Source: a virus. Taken from it: 64,000 nt of DNA. Positions 9,322 through 19,328 of this stretch are shown here, one piece after another. Position 1 is the stretch's first letter; each line of letters opens with the position of its first letter. The translations under genes were made by a program, and so were the position numbers. The notes beneath the pieces are model-generated. The model was not told where the DNA came from. It saw nothing but the letters and a program-made list of their open reading frames with translations, and ran no database searches. The stretch spans positions 91,418-155,417 of IMG/VR virus record IMGVR_UViG_3300037391_000010. One strand, written 5' to 3'.

Positions 9322-9712
9322 GGGTCAGGAGTTCACGTGGGACGATTTCCCCGCCCGTAAGGATGCGGCAGGTTACCATTGCCGTTATTGCAAGAAGGTT
9401 TTGACGGGCCGCAAGCAAGCGTGGTGCTCGAAGGAATGCCTGATCGAGGTTCGTTCCCGTTGTGACTGGAACTACATCCGCAACAAGGTTCGTCGTCGAG
9501 ACAAATGGAAGTGTCAGTGGGTGATGGAGAGTGGGGGTATCTGCGGGCTGCCTGCCAAGGACGTAGACCACATCATTGAGCTTGCGGACGGCGGGTGCTT
9601 CCACGATCTGAACAATCTGCGGTCGCTGTGCAAGCCCCACCACAAGCGCAAGACCACCGCATCCCGTAAGGCACGGGCTGAACGTAAGAAATTAGCAGAA
9701 AAATCCGCATAA
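9311..9712 (+). CDS. HNH endonuclease
   Basis: 'RDKWKCQ...DVDHIIELADGG...NNLRSLCKPHHKRKT' plus an N-terminal Zn ribbon. Confidence 0.88.
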   Translation: MARKGQEFTWDDFPARKDAAGYHCRYCKKVLTGRKQAWCSKECLIEVRSRCDWNYIRNKVRRRDKWKCQWVMESGGICGLPAKDVDHIIELADGGCFHDLNNLRSLCKPHHKRKTTASRKARAERKKLAEKSA

Positions 9713-9741
9713 ATGCGGTATTAGGGAGTAAGGAGATCATC

Positions 9742-10982
9742 ATGGGCGCAAAGTTTTCGGCAATCAAGCAGGGTGAGTTTTTCTACATCGACGGCGAAAC
9801 GTTCAAGAAGACCACGGACATCAGCTATGAAGACACGGCAGGGTTCGAAATCTACCTTGACCCGATTCGCGAAGCCAAGATGACCACCGTCAATCCCGCA
9901 GCGGCAGCAGCGGTTAAACAGGGTAAGGGGCCGCTCACCGACTCACAAGCCTACATCACCGACCCGGCTACCCGCGTGCAGACCAAGAACCCGAACTTCG
10001 GCAAGAAGATCAAGAAGACGAAAGTTCAGGCGGCGGGGGACGCGCTCACTCAACCACAACCACCGAAGAAGATTGCCACTCCCAAGAAGAAGTGATATGA
10101 TCTGTCCTACGTGCAAAACGGAAGCTGGCGATCAGGTTTGTATGTGCGGGAAGTGTCCGTCCTGCGACCCCAAGCATTTCAATTCTAAAAATACGGTCGA
10201 GCGGTACGACGAGTTCGATCTGGAGATTCGAGCCAACGCCGAAAGGATACTGGCCGAGGGCGATAACGGAGAAGTGGAGTTCTAATGGCATTCATCCACT
10301 GTCACGGCGAGAGATGTCACTGGGAGCAGGACGACTTCTGGAGTTGGAACTACAACCCCATCCAGACATTCTTCAGCTACGTCAAGGACATGAAGCTGTG
10401 GTATCCCCACATGCTGGAGTTCGACCGCCATACGATGCCTCCGACAGGGAAGATTCATTCCTATGCGTTTGTCCGCAGGCTGTTTCGCAAGATGCTCGTG
10501 AAGTTCGGGCGCATGGAATGGTGGACGTGGGAAGCTTACAAGAAAGCAAAGGCGGCAGGTGAAGTGTGTTGTCCGCAGTGCGGCAAACGCGATCTCTGCA
10601 TCGACTAATGAGCGTATATCCTCCATACGGCAGCGGTTTCGGCAAGACGGGCACCACGCTTCCAAGTGGAGAGGTTGTGGTCACGTCCGAAGGTCTGTAC
10701 GCCAGCCATTGGCTCTCCGTCAGTCGGCATTCGGACTATTGCACCTGTTCATTCTGTCAGCCGTGGTCGTTAAAGACGTACAAGAAACTCCCCAAACCCG
10801 GGAGATTCGGAATCGACGTTCCGTCGCGTGAGAATCCGTACCGCTGGACACACGTCCATGTGCGGCTGGGCAAGTGGATTTATTTCGTGACATCGCAAAT
10901 TCAGTTTTTCCCCAGTGTTTGGCCGTTCTTTCACGCCGAGCAATGGGAAGAGAAGACCTGTGAAGTTCAAAGGAGCAACTAA
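9742..10982 (+). other. Four small hypothetical CDSs (9742-10095, 10097-10285, 10285-10608, 10608-10982)
   Basis: Abutting or overlapping stop-start junctions; several CxxC motifs. Confidence 0.6.
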
Positions 10983-11755
10983 TGGGACGCAACAGCAAGA
11001 GAAACAAAGCCATCACGAAGATGTACCTCCCCCGCCTCAAGAAGTATTGCGAAGAGCTTGAGAAGCAGCTTGAAGCCTTGAAGACCGACCCGAACACGAC
11101 GCTGGGTCAGGTCATCAATCAGGCCCGCGAACTTTACACCCAGAACAGCCGTCTGTCGGTGCTCACCGCTGCATTACTCGAAGCACAGGGCAACAAGGTC
11201 ACGGTCTCGAAGGCCGCGATGGACAAGTTCGAGAACCACCGCGTCCTCATCAAGTGGGAACTCCCCGAAGGCGTAGAGAAGGCTGAAGACGCCAAGGAAT
11301 TCGTGTTCATGTACGAGGCGGTCAAGAACCAAACCCCGATGCAACCGATTCAAGTTGGGCCGATGACGCACGCTTCCGTTCCGATCACCGAAGCTGCCAT
11401 CACAGGAACCGCCCCTCTCGCAGTTGATGACCCGTCTGTCGTCCTCGTGGAGGGATCAACGGATGCGGTCGATCCTGAGATTGCAGGCGAGTTGACCGAG
11501 GGTGAAGAGGACTCGGCGGAACCAACGGAACTGGACGCGGCAGAGGATCAGGGTGACATCATTTCCTCCGCAATGGCTGGCGTCGATTGCCCGTACTGTG
11601 AGGACGGCACTGAGCACGTTCACGATGGCGTGACCTACAACCCCAACCCAGCGCCAGACGATAATCCTGAGTTCGATTGTCCGTATTGCGAGGATACCAC
11701 CGACCACAAGCACAGCGAGGAAGATGTCGCTCACTTGCGAGCCGCGCTCGACTAA
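10982..11755 (+). CDS. Hypothetical protein: coiled-coil N-terminus, acidic tail with two DCPYCED..HxH repeats
   Basis: AGGAG RBS; repeats visible at 11585-11623 and 11675-11713. Confidence 0.7.
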   Translation: MGRNSKRNKAITKMYLPRLKKYCEELEKQLEALKTDPNTTLGQVINQARELYTQNSRLSVLTAALLEAQGNKVTVSKAAMDKFENHRVLIKWELPEGVEKAEDAKEFVFMYEAVKNQTPMQPIQVGPMTHASVPITEAAITGTAPLAVDDPSVVLVEGSTDAVDPEIAGELTEGEEDSAEPTELDAAEDQGDIISSAMAGVDCPYCEDGTEHVHDGVTYNPNPAPDDNPEFDCPYCEDTTDHKHSEEDVAHLRAALD

Positions 11756-11873
11756 TCGACTACCAGAGCCTTAAACATACCTTGCTGCCGCTGGCCTTTA
11801 ATGGGCTGCCCCTTCAGGGTAGAACCGACTGGCACGGTCAGCCATCAAGCGAGACGCTGATTACCTTTCTTAG

Positions 11874-11911
11874 GCGGGAATGGCCCTCGCTCCATTCCCG
11901 CTATTTCTTTG
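11874..11911 (+). terminator. Intrinsic terminator-like hairpin
   Basis: Perfect 10-bp stem GCGGGAATGG/CCATTCCCGC followed by TATTTCTTTG. Confidence 0.6.
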
Positions 11912-11944
11912 TAAACTTTTGCCCCCTCCACAGGTTCTATTGGT

Positions 11945-12073
11945 ATGAGGAAATTTTGGAGATGGCTGTTCCCGTCGCGGCGTCCCGCGACCCTCGCCGA
12001 ATTGTTGGCGAAAAAGTACCCCACCGACTTCGCTCGCCGTGCAATCCAGTATTTAGATAAGTACAAGGATTGA
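11945..12073 (+). CDS. 42-aa small ORF (not in track)
   Basis: Hand translation MRKFWRWLFPSRRPATLAELLAKKYPTDFARRAIQYLDKYKD. Confidence 0.4.
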   Translation: MRKFWRWLFPSRRPATLAELLAKKYPTDFARRAIQYLDKYKD

Positions 12074-12223
12074 CTTTTTCGACTTTCAGTCCTATGATCT
12101 AGAGAGCGAGCGTAAGTCCTGCAAAGTCCGGTATCGCGGGTGTCGTTCTCAAATTCAATCACCACAGAGGAGCACAGCCATGTCAAGTACGCTTTAGAAG
12201 ACCAACCTAAAGGAGTAACTGAC

Positions 12224-12883
12224 ATGACCATCTCAATCTGGCGGAAGATTGATCTCTTCCTCCGTAATCGCCCTATCCCTATCCCCACTGACATTGCTCG
12301 TACTGTGCCTTGGGACCCTGACTTCCTCTACGACAACCCCGACCCATGGTACACGTCCGCTTACTGGACTATCCGCCGTGGAATCAAGCACATCCGCGAG
12401 TTCCCCGAGAACTCTTACTACGCCATCAAGTGGTTCATTCAACGCGGAGCCCGAGGCTGGGCACCACGCGACACTTGGGGTCTCGACTCCTACCTCGCTG
12501 GCTGGCTGCCACAGGCTCTCCGCTACCTCAAGGAGCACAAGCACGGCGTTCCCATGCAGTGTTTCCCCGAGGGGCCCGAGTACACCAAGGACTGCGGCAA
12601 CCCCACCGACGAGGCATTCAAGATCGCCGAAGCTCGCTGGGACGAGATCATGGAGAAGATGATCGCCGGATTCGAGGCCAACAATCGCATGGATGATTGT
12701 CTCTACGAGAAGGAACTCGGCCCCTACCCTAGCCGCCGTCCTAATGGCGTGAGCCAAGAGGCATGGCACAAGGTCAAGGACGATCACTTCGTCGCTCTGC
12801 GGGCTCTGGAAGCGCGGGATCAGGCTATTTTGGAGGAGGGTCTGGCTTTGTTCGCAAAGCATTTCCAGTCCCTCTGGGACTAA
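12224..12883 (+). CDS. Phage hypothetical protein
   Basis: AAGGAG RBS; 'QRGARGW..RDTWGLD...GLALFAKHFQSLWD' pattern recalled from phage proteins. Confidence 0.75.
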   Translation: MTISIWRKIDLFLRNRPIPIPTDIARTVPWDPDFLYDNPDPWYTSAYWTIRRGIKHIREFPENSYYAIKWFIQRGARGWAPRDTWGLDSYLAGWLPQALRYLKEHKHGVPMQCFPEGPEYTKDCGNPTDEAFKIAEARWDEIMEKMIAGFEANNRMDDCLYEKELGPYPSRRPNGVSQEAWHKVKDDHFVALRALEARDQAILEEGLALFAKHFQSLWD

Positions 12884-12892
12884 GGGGGAGCC

Positions 12893-14697
12893 ATGGGATC
12901 AGGCAACGCACACGCTAATCGCCACGGGCATCGTCCTGACTGTATCTTCTGCTCCATGCGTCCTAAGGAAGCACGCCGCAAGAAGGTTTACCGCAACTCA
13001 TGCCACGGCTCCCGTGCCTCCAAAGGCAACGTGAGCGGTATTAAGAAGAAGAACAAAAAGGGCACGGAGGTAAAGAAGAATGCTCGGCTATAGCAAATAC
13101 TGGACAGCAGGGTTCTCGGCGTGCCAATGGCACGAGATCACCCATCGCAAACAATACGGCTGGGTTGATTTCAACCTCATCAACATCAGGCTGGGGTACG
13201 ACAACCACAGCCAAGACTGGGAGTTTGAGTTCTACCTATTGGGCGTGCGGTTCTGGCTCATGATCGCCGACCCGTGGGGCACGCACCCCACAGATGTCGA
13301 AGTGGCTCTCGGGGAATTCCTGAAGGACGAACAATGCAATCAAACCCCAAGCGACCAAAAGTAATTCGGCGGGGGTGCCCGTGCTGCGGCACCTATCACC
13401 GTGTTATCATCAACCCACAGGGAAAGAAAATGAAGGGGAAACACTAATGAAGAAACGCTATCACACACTCGGAAACGCTCACGACGCTTGGTGGTTCCTG
13501 TACTACCACCCGAAACTCCAACTCCGCGAACGAGTAGAGATCGAGCCCAAAGACGCCGACAAGCGGGAAGCCGAGGGCTACATCATCACCCGCGATACGG
13601 GCGGCAAGTGCTACAAGGAGTATCGGCACACCTTCCGCCATGCTGTCGCTCACAATCTCGACATCCATTACACCTACGTGAACGACAAAGGTCGCATCGA
13701 CGACGATGGCAAGAAGAACGTGAACGTCGAGTGCTGGCTGGAGTTCGGCCCCGAGGAATACATGTACTGGTACGGCACCGATGGCAACAACGACTGGGAC
13801 ACCGAGACCGCTCGCATGAATACCCACGATCCTCGGCTAGACTGCGGTGGGGTGAGCTTCGATGAGGCTCTGGTACGGCTTGCCAAGCTGGTGCGGAAGC
13901 ATTATGGGGACTACAATCCCGATAAGCCCCGCCGTTGTCCCCGCACCGATAAAGCGTGTGTGGAATGTCGCGAGTTGCGACGGTGGATGAAGAAACAGGG
14001 ATTGGAAGGCAAAAAGAAGAAACCTGTGGTATCATTGCTTGGATGAGACGCCCAGCCGCAGCCATCGGTTATGTTCTTTCCGCCGTGCTGGTCTGGTGTG
14101 TGCTCTGGATGGTAGCTGTGCTGGTGCGAGCAATCTTCGCCCCGCCCCATCTACCGAAGCACCGCGTCACATGGCTGGTTTGGAAGAACGCGAAGGACGC
14201 CAAACACGACCCCGATTGCTACCCCGACACTTTAGGACCAGATACGATGGCGGTGCCCTGCAAATGAAAAAGCAAGCACAAATGGCGATGTGGTTCCTGA
14301 TCTTGGTGCATTTCAGCCTCCACCATTACCCCAACTTTAAGCATCGCGAGAGCCTCTACAGGAGGGCGGGCGTCACGTCCTATCAAGTCTGCGGCGTTGA
14401 CACCGAGTTGGTTCAGGTCCCCAACAAGCAAGTTTGGAAGGCTCTTGCTACGCTGAAACACGACAAGGCCGTGGAGAGCGCGGGAGTGAGTATCGAGGGA
14501 ACCTGCAAATGATGTTCGAGACCAAGGGGTTCCCCATCGTACCGTACATTCTTCATTCGTCGGAACCGCTGAAGGTTGGGTACGTTTTCTTTGAATACTG
14601 GACTGGCGGGCCTTACAAAGTCAAGAAGGTCACTAAGTACAAAAGAGTGTTTAACGGGTGCCGCATCGACGGAACCGTAACGGTTGAGCGTGCATGA
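12893..14697 (+). other. Run of small hypothetical CDSs (12893-13093, 13080-13364, 13447-14046, 14043-14267, 14264-14512, 14509-14697)
   Basis: ATGA-type overlaps and phage-like packing. Confidence 0.6.
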
Positions 14698-15095
14698 TCG
14701 GCTACCATTACACGAGTGCCGAGAACTACGAGAAAATCAGAACCGAGGGCTTGGCCCCGTACTGGATCAAGAAGAAAGACCTTGAGGCTTATTTTGAAGG
14801 CGGCATCCACGGCATCTGGCTGTGGAAGAACGACCTCTCAGGCAACGATCATCTTGGCTCAGTGCTGTGGCAACTCATGACCAAAGCCAGCACGAATATT
14901 GTGAAGTTGCGGGTGGAATACGAAGAGGCAGATCAGTACGTCAAGCACGGCTCCCCCGTGGAAATTCTGCATGGCGGCAGGTTGGGCGTGTGGCACTATC
15001 ATGATCGTGTGCCAGCCGTCGTCATCGGGAAGCCCATCCCACCCGAGAGGATTGCGGTGATCGCCAAATACGATCTCCGCGCTGTGGTATCATAG
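14694..15095 (+). CDS. Stand-alone ADP-ribosyltransferase-fold protein
   Basis: 'YHYTSAENYEKIRTEGL...GIWLW...IPPERI', the same pattern as the modules in the giant ORF. Confidence 0.55.
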   Translation: MIGYHYTSAENYEKIRTEGLAPYWIKKKDLEAYFEGGIHGIWLWKNDLSGNDHLGSVLWQLMTKASTNIVKLRVEYEEADQYVKHGSPVEILHGGRLGVWHYHDRVPAVVIGKPIPPERIAVIAKYDLRAVVS

Positions 15096-15283
15096 AGTAT
15101 GGCAAAACCTACCCCATCCGAGGAGTTGATCGAAGGACTGGCGCTGATCTTCATCTTCGTCGTATTCGGTCTCCTCTTTTTGGTTGCCGCCGCCATTATT
15201 CTCGTCAGCAGTCCGATTTCGTGCGTGGTCGCAGCCTTCTGTGCATACGTGCTCTGGGCAGCCGACAAGGGGAAACTATTTTG

Positions 15284-15805
15284 ATGGACACGTTTCTGGA
15301 AACCTACAGTTGTTTCAACCGTCTCTTGGCCGAGTACCGTGAGCACAAGAAGCTCATCGTCGCAGTCGATTTCGACGACACCGTGTTCGACTATCATCAG
15401 AAGGGCAGGACTTACGAGTACATCATCGCCCTGCTTAGACGGTGCCAGAAGCACGGATTTTGGATCGTGCTTTTCACGGCGTGCTCCCCTGACAAAGCAG
15501 AATCACAGAAGGCATACCTTGCGATGCGAGGCATCGAAGTCCACTCCGTGAACAAAAACCCCGTCGATCTGCCGTTCGGAAACGACGGGAAGATTTACTT
15601 CAACATCCTGCTGGACGACCGAGCGGGGCTGGGGCAAGCTGCCGAGATTCTGCATCAGGTGCTTGACGAAATTGAATACGACGGCGATCAGCCGTGGAAG
15701 AAAGCGAACGGCAGCGGAGAACTTCCGGGCGACATCTGTTGCCTCCGTGCTACTGGCGGCGTATGCTACGAGCACAATCCATTTAACTATCGGGGGAAAG
15801 CATGA
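15284..15805 (+). CDS. HAD-superfamily phosphatase (BT0820-like)
   Basis: 'IVAVDFDDT' motif I, 'LFTAC' motif II, 'KIYFNILLDDRAG' motifs III/IV. Confidence 0.8.
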   Translation: MDTFLETYSCFNRLLAEYREHKKLIVAVDFDDTVFDYHQKGRTYEYIIALLRRCQKHGFWIVLFTACSPDKAESQKAYLAMRGIEVHSVNKNPVDLPFGNDGKIYFNILLDDRAGLGQAAEILHQVLDEIEYDGDQPWKKANGSGELPGDICCLRATGGVCYEHNPFNYRGKA

Positions 15806-17350
15806 ACTCAATGCCATTCAAAACCTTCACGCTGCGTGCGTATGTGGTCGATGACCATTACGACGAACCTCGCAAGCGAATGAGCCTCGAAGCCGCCTTT
15901 CGTGCGTGGCTGAAAAACCAGAAGTTCAAGATCGAGACAATCGAAGTCGTCGAAGTTCAGCGGGGTATGAAATGACGATGCGGTTAGTCAGGATTGAGAA
16001 CATGGATGAAGTGCTCGTCACCTTCACCGATGAGGACGGCAGGGAAGGACTCAAGATCGTCCATCCCACGGAGCTTCATGGCTACACGCTCACCCCGCCA
16101 GAGCCGCTTGACCCCAAGGTCATCAAGCGAGTGGAGGAGTGGGAGAAGGAGTGCGGGCCGTTACCTAAGCCGCCCGCTGGCATGTTCCCATGGCGAGAAC
16201 CCGTGGTTGTCGAGACCCCTAAGCGGTCTGGTGTCGAAGTGGATGAAAGGGGATTCTACCTCATCGACGGACTGTATGTGCCAGACACGGAGGCGGGTCG
16301 CCTGAGGCTCCAGTATGCACTGATGAACGAGAGGATGAACCATGAGAACGAAAGTATTCAAGGTCGAAGTGCTGATTGTGAACCACGACAACCTGACGAT
16401 GAACGAGATCGCGGAAACTCTTGAGAACGCGAACTACCCCAACGACTGCATCAACCCTCAGGTCATGGAGATCACGTCCCGCGAGGTCGAGTGGAGCGAC
16501 GAGCATCCGCTGAACAAGCACTCGACTCAAAAGGACGCCTACATCAAACTCTTCGGCTACCCAACCGTCTAACCCCCAGAAAACACGGGGCTAAAACCTA
16601 TAGTTCAGCCTCTATTTTTGGGTATAATAGGGGTATGATTCCCTGTTGCCAAATCTGCGGAAGCAAGCGCACGGCGGATGCCAAGCAGCCCAACCTCTGC
16701 TACTACATGTGCTACTGGCTGCTCGAAGGCTGGCTCGGTTGGAACGCCCGCACGAACAAAGTTGCCATCAGGGATCAACGTGCCCTCCCATTCGTACCAG
16801 ATGGACTCTCCTACCGTAAGGCCATCGCCAAGGCCCGCTCGCTCGGCTGGCGTGGCCGCGAAAATAAAATCGGAACCTTTTTGACTACCGCCGCGCATCC
16901 GTGGTAACATGGGGGCATGAGAACCTTCACACTGAACGATACGCAGGTAGAGCAATACTCCGCTTGGCAAGAGGAACACCGAAAGACTTGTAAGGTTGTG
17001 CCCGACTTCTCAGGCGCACATTGCAAGATCATCTTTGTCCCGAGTGGTCTCGGGGACAGCGCCACGGTTGAGTGCTTCTGCGGCGAGAAAAAGTATCTGG
17101 ACGACGGAGTGGAACTCTGATGACGAAGCTTCCTAGCAAAGAGTTCTGCGATAACGTCAGGGCGATGAGCGATGAAGACTTGCTGCGCCAGTACGATACC
17201 TATAACGCTCAGATGGACAGCCTCACAGCAGAACGCCAACGATGTTGGGATCGTTTCATGGAGATCAACGAGATTCAGGATGTGGTGGGCGGCGAATTCC
17301 AGATGGTGAGCATCGAAGCCCGTATGAACCGCAAGCTTAAAGTTTCTTAG
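15802..17350 (+). other. Small hypothetical CDSs (15802-15975, 15972-16424, 16342-16572, 16635-16907, 16917-17120, 17120-17350)
   Basis: Coupled ORFs; two start directly after -10-like motifs. Confidence 0.55.
16609..16637 (+). promoter_or_regulatory. Extended -10 promoter, probably leaderless
   Basis: CCTCTATTTTTGGGTATAATAGGGGT-ATG; near-identical to the element upstream of 63691 on the - strand. Confidence 0.7.
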
Positions 17351-17780
17351 CCATCGTCAGAGCGTGGTAGTGGAGTTTGTAGTAGTGGCGACGGAATGCA
17401 GTCACCCGATAGCCTAGCTTGAAGTACAACACCTGCGCCGGGTTCTCGACGCTGACCTCCAGCTTGATCTCAGTAAGGCCGCGCTTCTTTGCCGCCGCCT
17501 CGTACAAGCCAATGAGTTTAGTCGCTATGCCCTTGCCGCGTGCCTTGGAGGAAACGTCCACGGTGTCGATGTACCCCTTGCCGAATTCTTTATCCGCCAG
17601 CAGGAAGCCTAGTATCTTGTCGTTCTCTGCGGCGACCCAAACGTTGTTTTTCTTGGCGGCATCAAGGAGGGATTTATTGAAAACGGTTTGGCTCCAGAGA
17701 AAGGGTGCTTGGAAGCACCCCTTTTCTATTTCGTACAGGGAAGGAAGTTCTTCGGCATCGAGGCTATTGCGAAAGGTCAT
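17337..17780 (-). CDS. RimI-like GNAT N-acetyltransferase
   Basis: 'YIDTVDVSSKARGKGIATKL...IKLEVSVENPAQVLYFKLGY...RRHYY'. Confidence 0.88.
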   Translation of the reverse strand: MTFRNSLDAEELPSLYEIEKGCFQAPFLWSQTVFNKSLLDAAKKNNVWVAAENDKILGFLLADKEFGKGYIDTVDVSSKARGKGIATKLIGLYEAAAKKRGLTEIKLEVSVENPAQVLYFKLGYRVTAFRRHYYKLHYHALTMAKKL

Positions 17781-17804
17781 GTAGCCTCAGTGTATCACGT
17801 TTTG

Positions 17805-19067
17805 TTAGTCGAGGAAGATCGGCGTTGCCATCGTCTTCGAGTTGAACTTCTTGTTGATGAGGAAGAACGCCTGTGTGGGCTTCTCGAATGCAGCGCCGAT
17901 GTTGTTAGCGAAGGCGTTGTAACCAATCAAGCTGCCGTTTGTGACGAACGTTCCGCTGTCGATGTACTGGTGGAAGTGACCGAACAGGTCGAGATTCGGC
18001 GTCCGTGCATTGTTGATGTTCCAGTTGGCGATCTTTTTGTTGACGGGAATTGTGATACCGCCCACACCGCCGCCACTCTTGATGGCGTGGCCGTGATGAG
18101 TACGAAGGCGATAAGCCCCGCCGAAGAAGTCGTGCGTGCTGTGATAGCCGTCCGCAATGCACCATTCGATGCGGCGGGCGTACTTCGAGTCGCTATCCAG
18201 AATCATCTTCATTTCGCGGTACATCAAGCGTTCCCACGAGTTAGCGGGCTCGGTCTTCTGACGCTGTTTTGCCGTGCTGCGACCATGATTACCCGTGTGG
18301 CAAGCGATTTTGAGGAGTGTGTCTTTCTTGAGGTTATCGAGAGCGAACTTGATGCCGTTGATGAGGCGTTCCTGCACCCACCAGATCGCATCGCCCGGAC
18401 CAAGTTGGTTGCTTTCAGCCACGTCCTCGTGAATGGTGTTGGTGATAAAGTCACCCAGCAAGGCCAGAAAAACGACGGGGATGTTAGTGTCTTTCTGCAT
18501 GATGTCTGTCAGCCGCATCATGTTCTGCCAGTATTTCTCAATGCGCTTGTGGGCGACACCCAGATTGAACACGTTGCGACCTTCGATATCGTTGTAATCG
18601 ACCGTCTCTTCGACGTGCCAATCGCTTGCAGCCCACACTGCGACTGATTCGCTTGTGCCACTGACGACCTTCGGTAGGAATGAAAGGTGCTGTGGCGTTT
18701 TAGTGCGAAGGTCCTGCAATACAGCCAGCGTTTCCTCGGCGCGTTCGGCGCGGTGGATTGCTGCGTCGTACTTGGCTTTCAGATTGGTCTTGCGGTCGCG
18801 GACTTTCTCGATCTCAAGTTCGACTTGCTTGTCGGGTGATGGCTTTGCGATCTTGGAAACCACTTTTGCTTCGGCCAGAAATGCTTGGAAGGTCGGCCAG
18901 TAAAGATTCCATCCGTCCTTGAACTCGCTTTTGTTACGGAAAAAATCACGTGTGAGTTCGTCTGTTTGAGTTGCTAGGCGCTGGGCTTCAGCGATGAGGG
19001 TTTGCTTCGAAACTTTCTTTGAATCTTTTTTCTTAGCCAAGAATGTTTCCTCCGAGAAGAGACTCAT
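17805..19067 (-). CDS. Calcineurin-like metallophosphoesterase
   Basis: All five motifs present: SDWH, LGD, GNHGR, HGH, GHFH. Confidence 0.85.
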   Translation of the reverse strand: MSLFSEETFLAKKKDSKKVSKQTLIAEAQRLATQTDELTRDFFRNKSEFKDGWNLYWPTFQAFLAEAKVVSKIAKPSPDKQVELEIEKVRDRKTNLKAKYDAAIHRAERAEETLAVLQDLRTKTPQHLSFLPKVVSGTSESVAVWAASDWHVEETVDYNDIEGRNVFNLGVAHKRIEKYWQNMMRLTDIMQKDTNIPVVFLALLGDFITNTIHEDVAESNQLGPGDAIWWVQERLINGIKFALDNLKKDTLLKIACHTGNHGRSTAKQRQKTEPANSWERLMYREMKMILDSDSKYARRIEWCIADGYHSTHDFFGGAYRLRTHHGHAIKSGGGVGGITIPVNKKIANWNINNARTPNLDLFGHFHQYIDSGTFVTNGSLIGYNAFANNIGAAFEKPTQAFFLINKKFNSKTMATPIFLD

Positions 19068-19328
19068 CTAAAGCAACACATAGTTGCTAAAGTGGCCTCT
19101 TATCAAACGTAGCGCCAGCGCCAGTGGGATGAGATGGCCTGCCGCGTTTTGGGTGCAGTCTCCCACATTTTGTTAATACCAGTTCTGACTGACAATTTGC
19201 GCGGAAATATTTATTGATAGCCAATGATCGGCGAAACTCCCCGATTTCGGTATCTTCTAGTGAGGGCTGCCGCAGGGTGCGGGTAACCCATCGGACCCCT
19301 CCAAAACCACAGAAAATAGGGCATTTTC

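Noticed and set aside
17688-18647. 319-aa + strand ORF (likewise 46362-47351 and 50263-51084)
   Set aside because: Antisense shadows of better-supported - strand genes.
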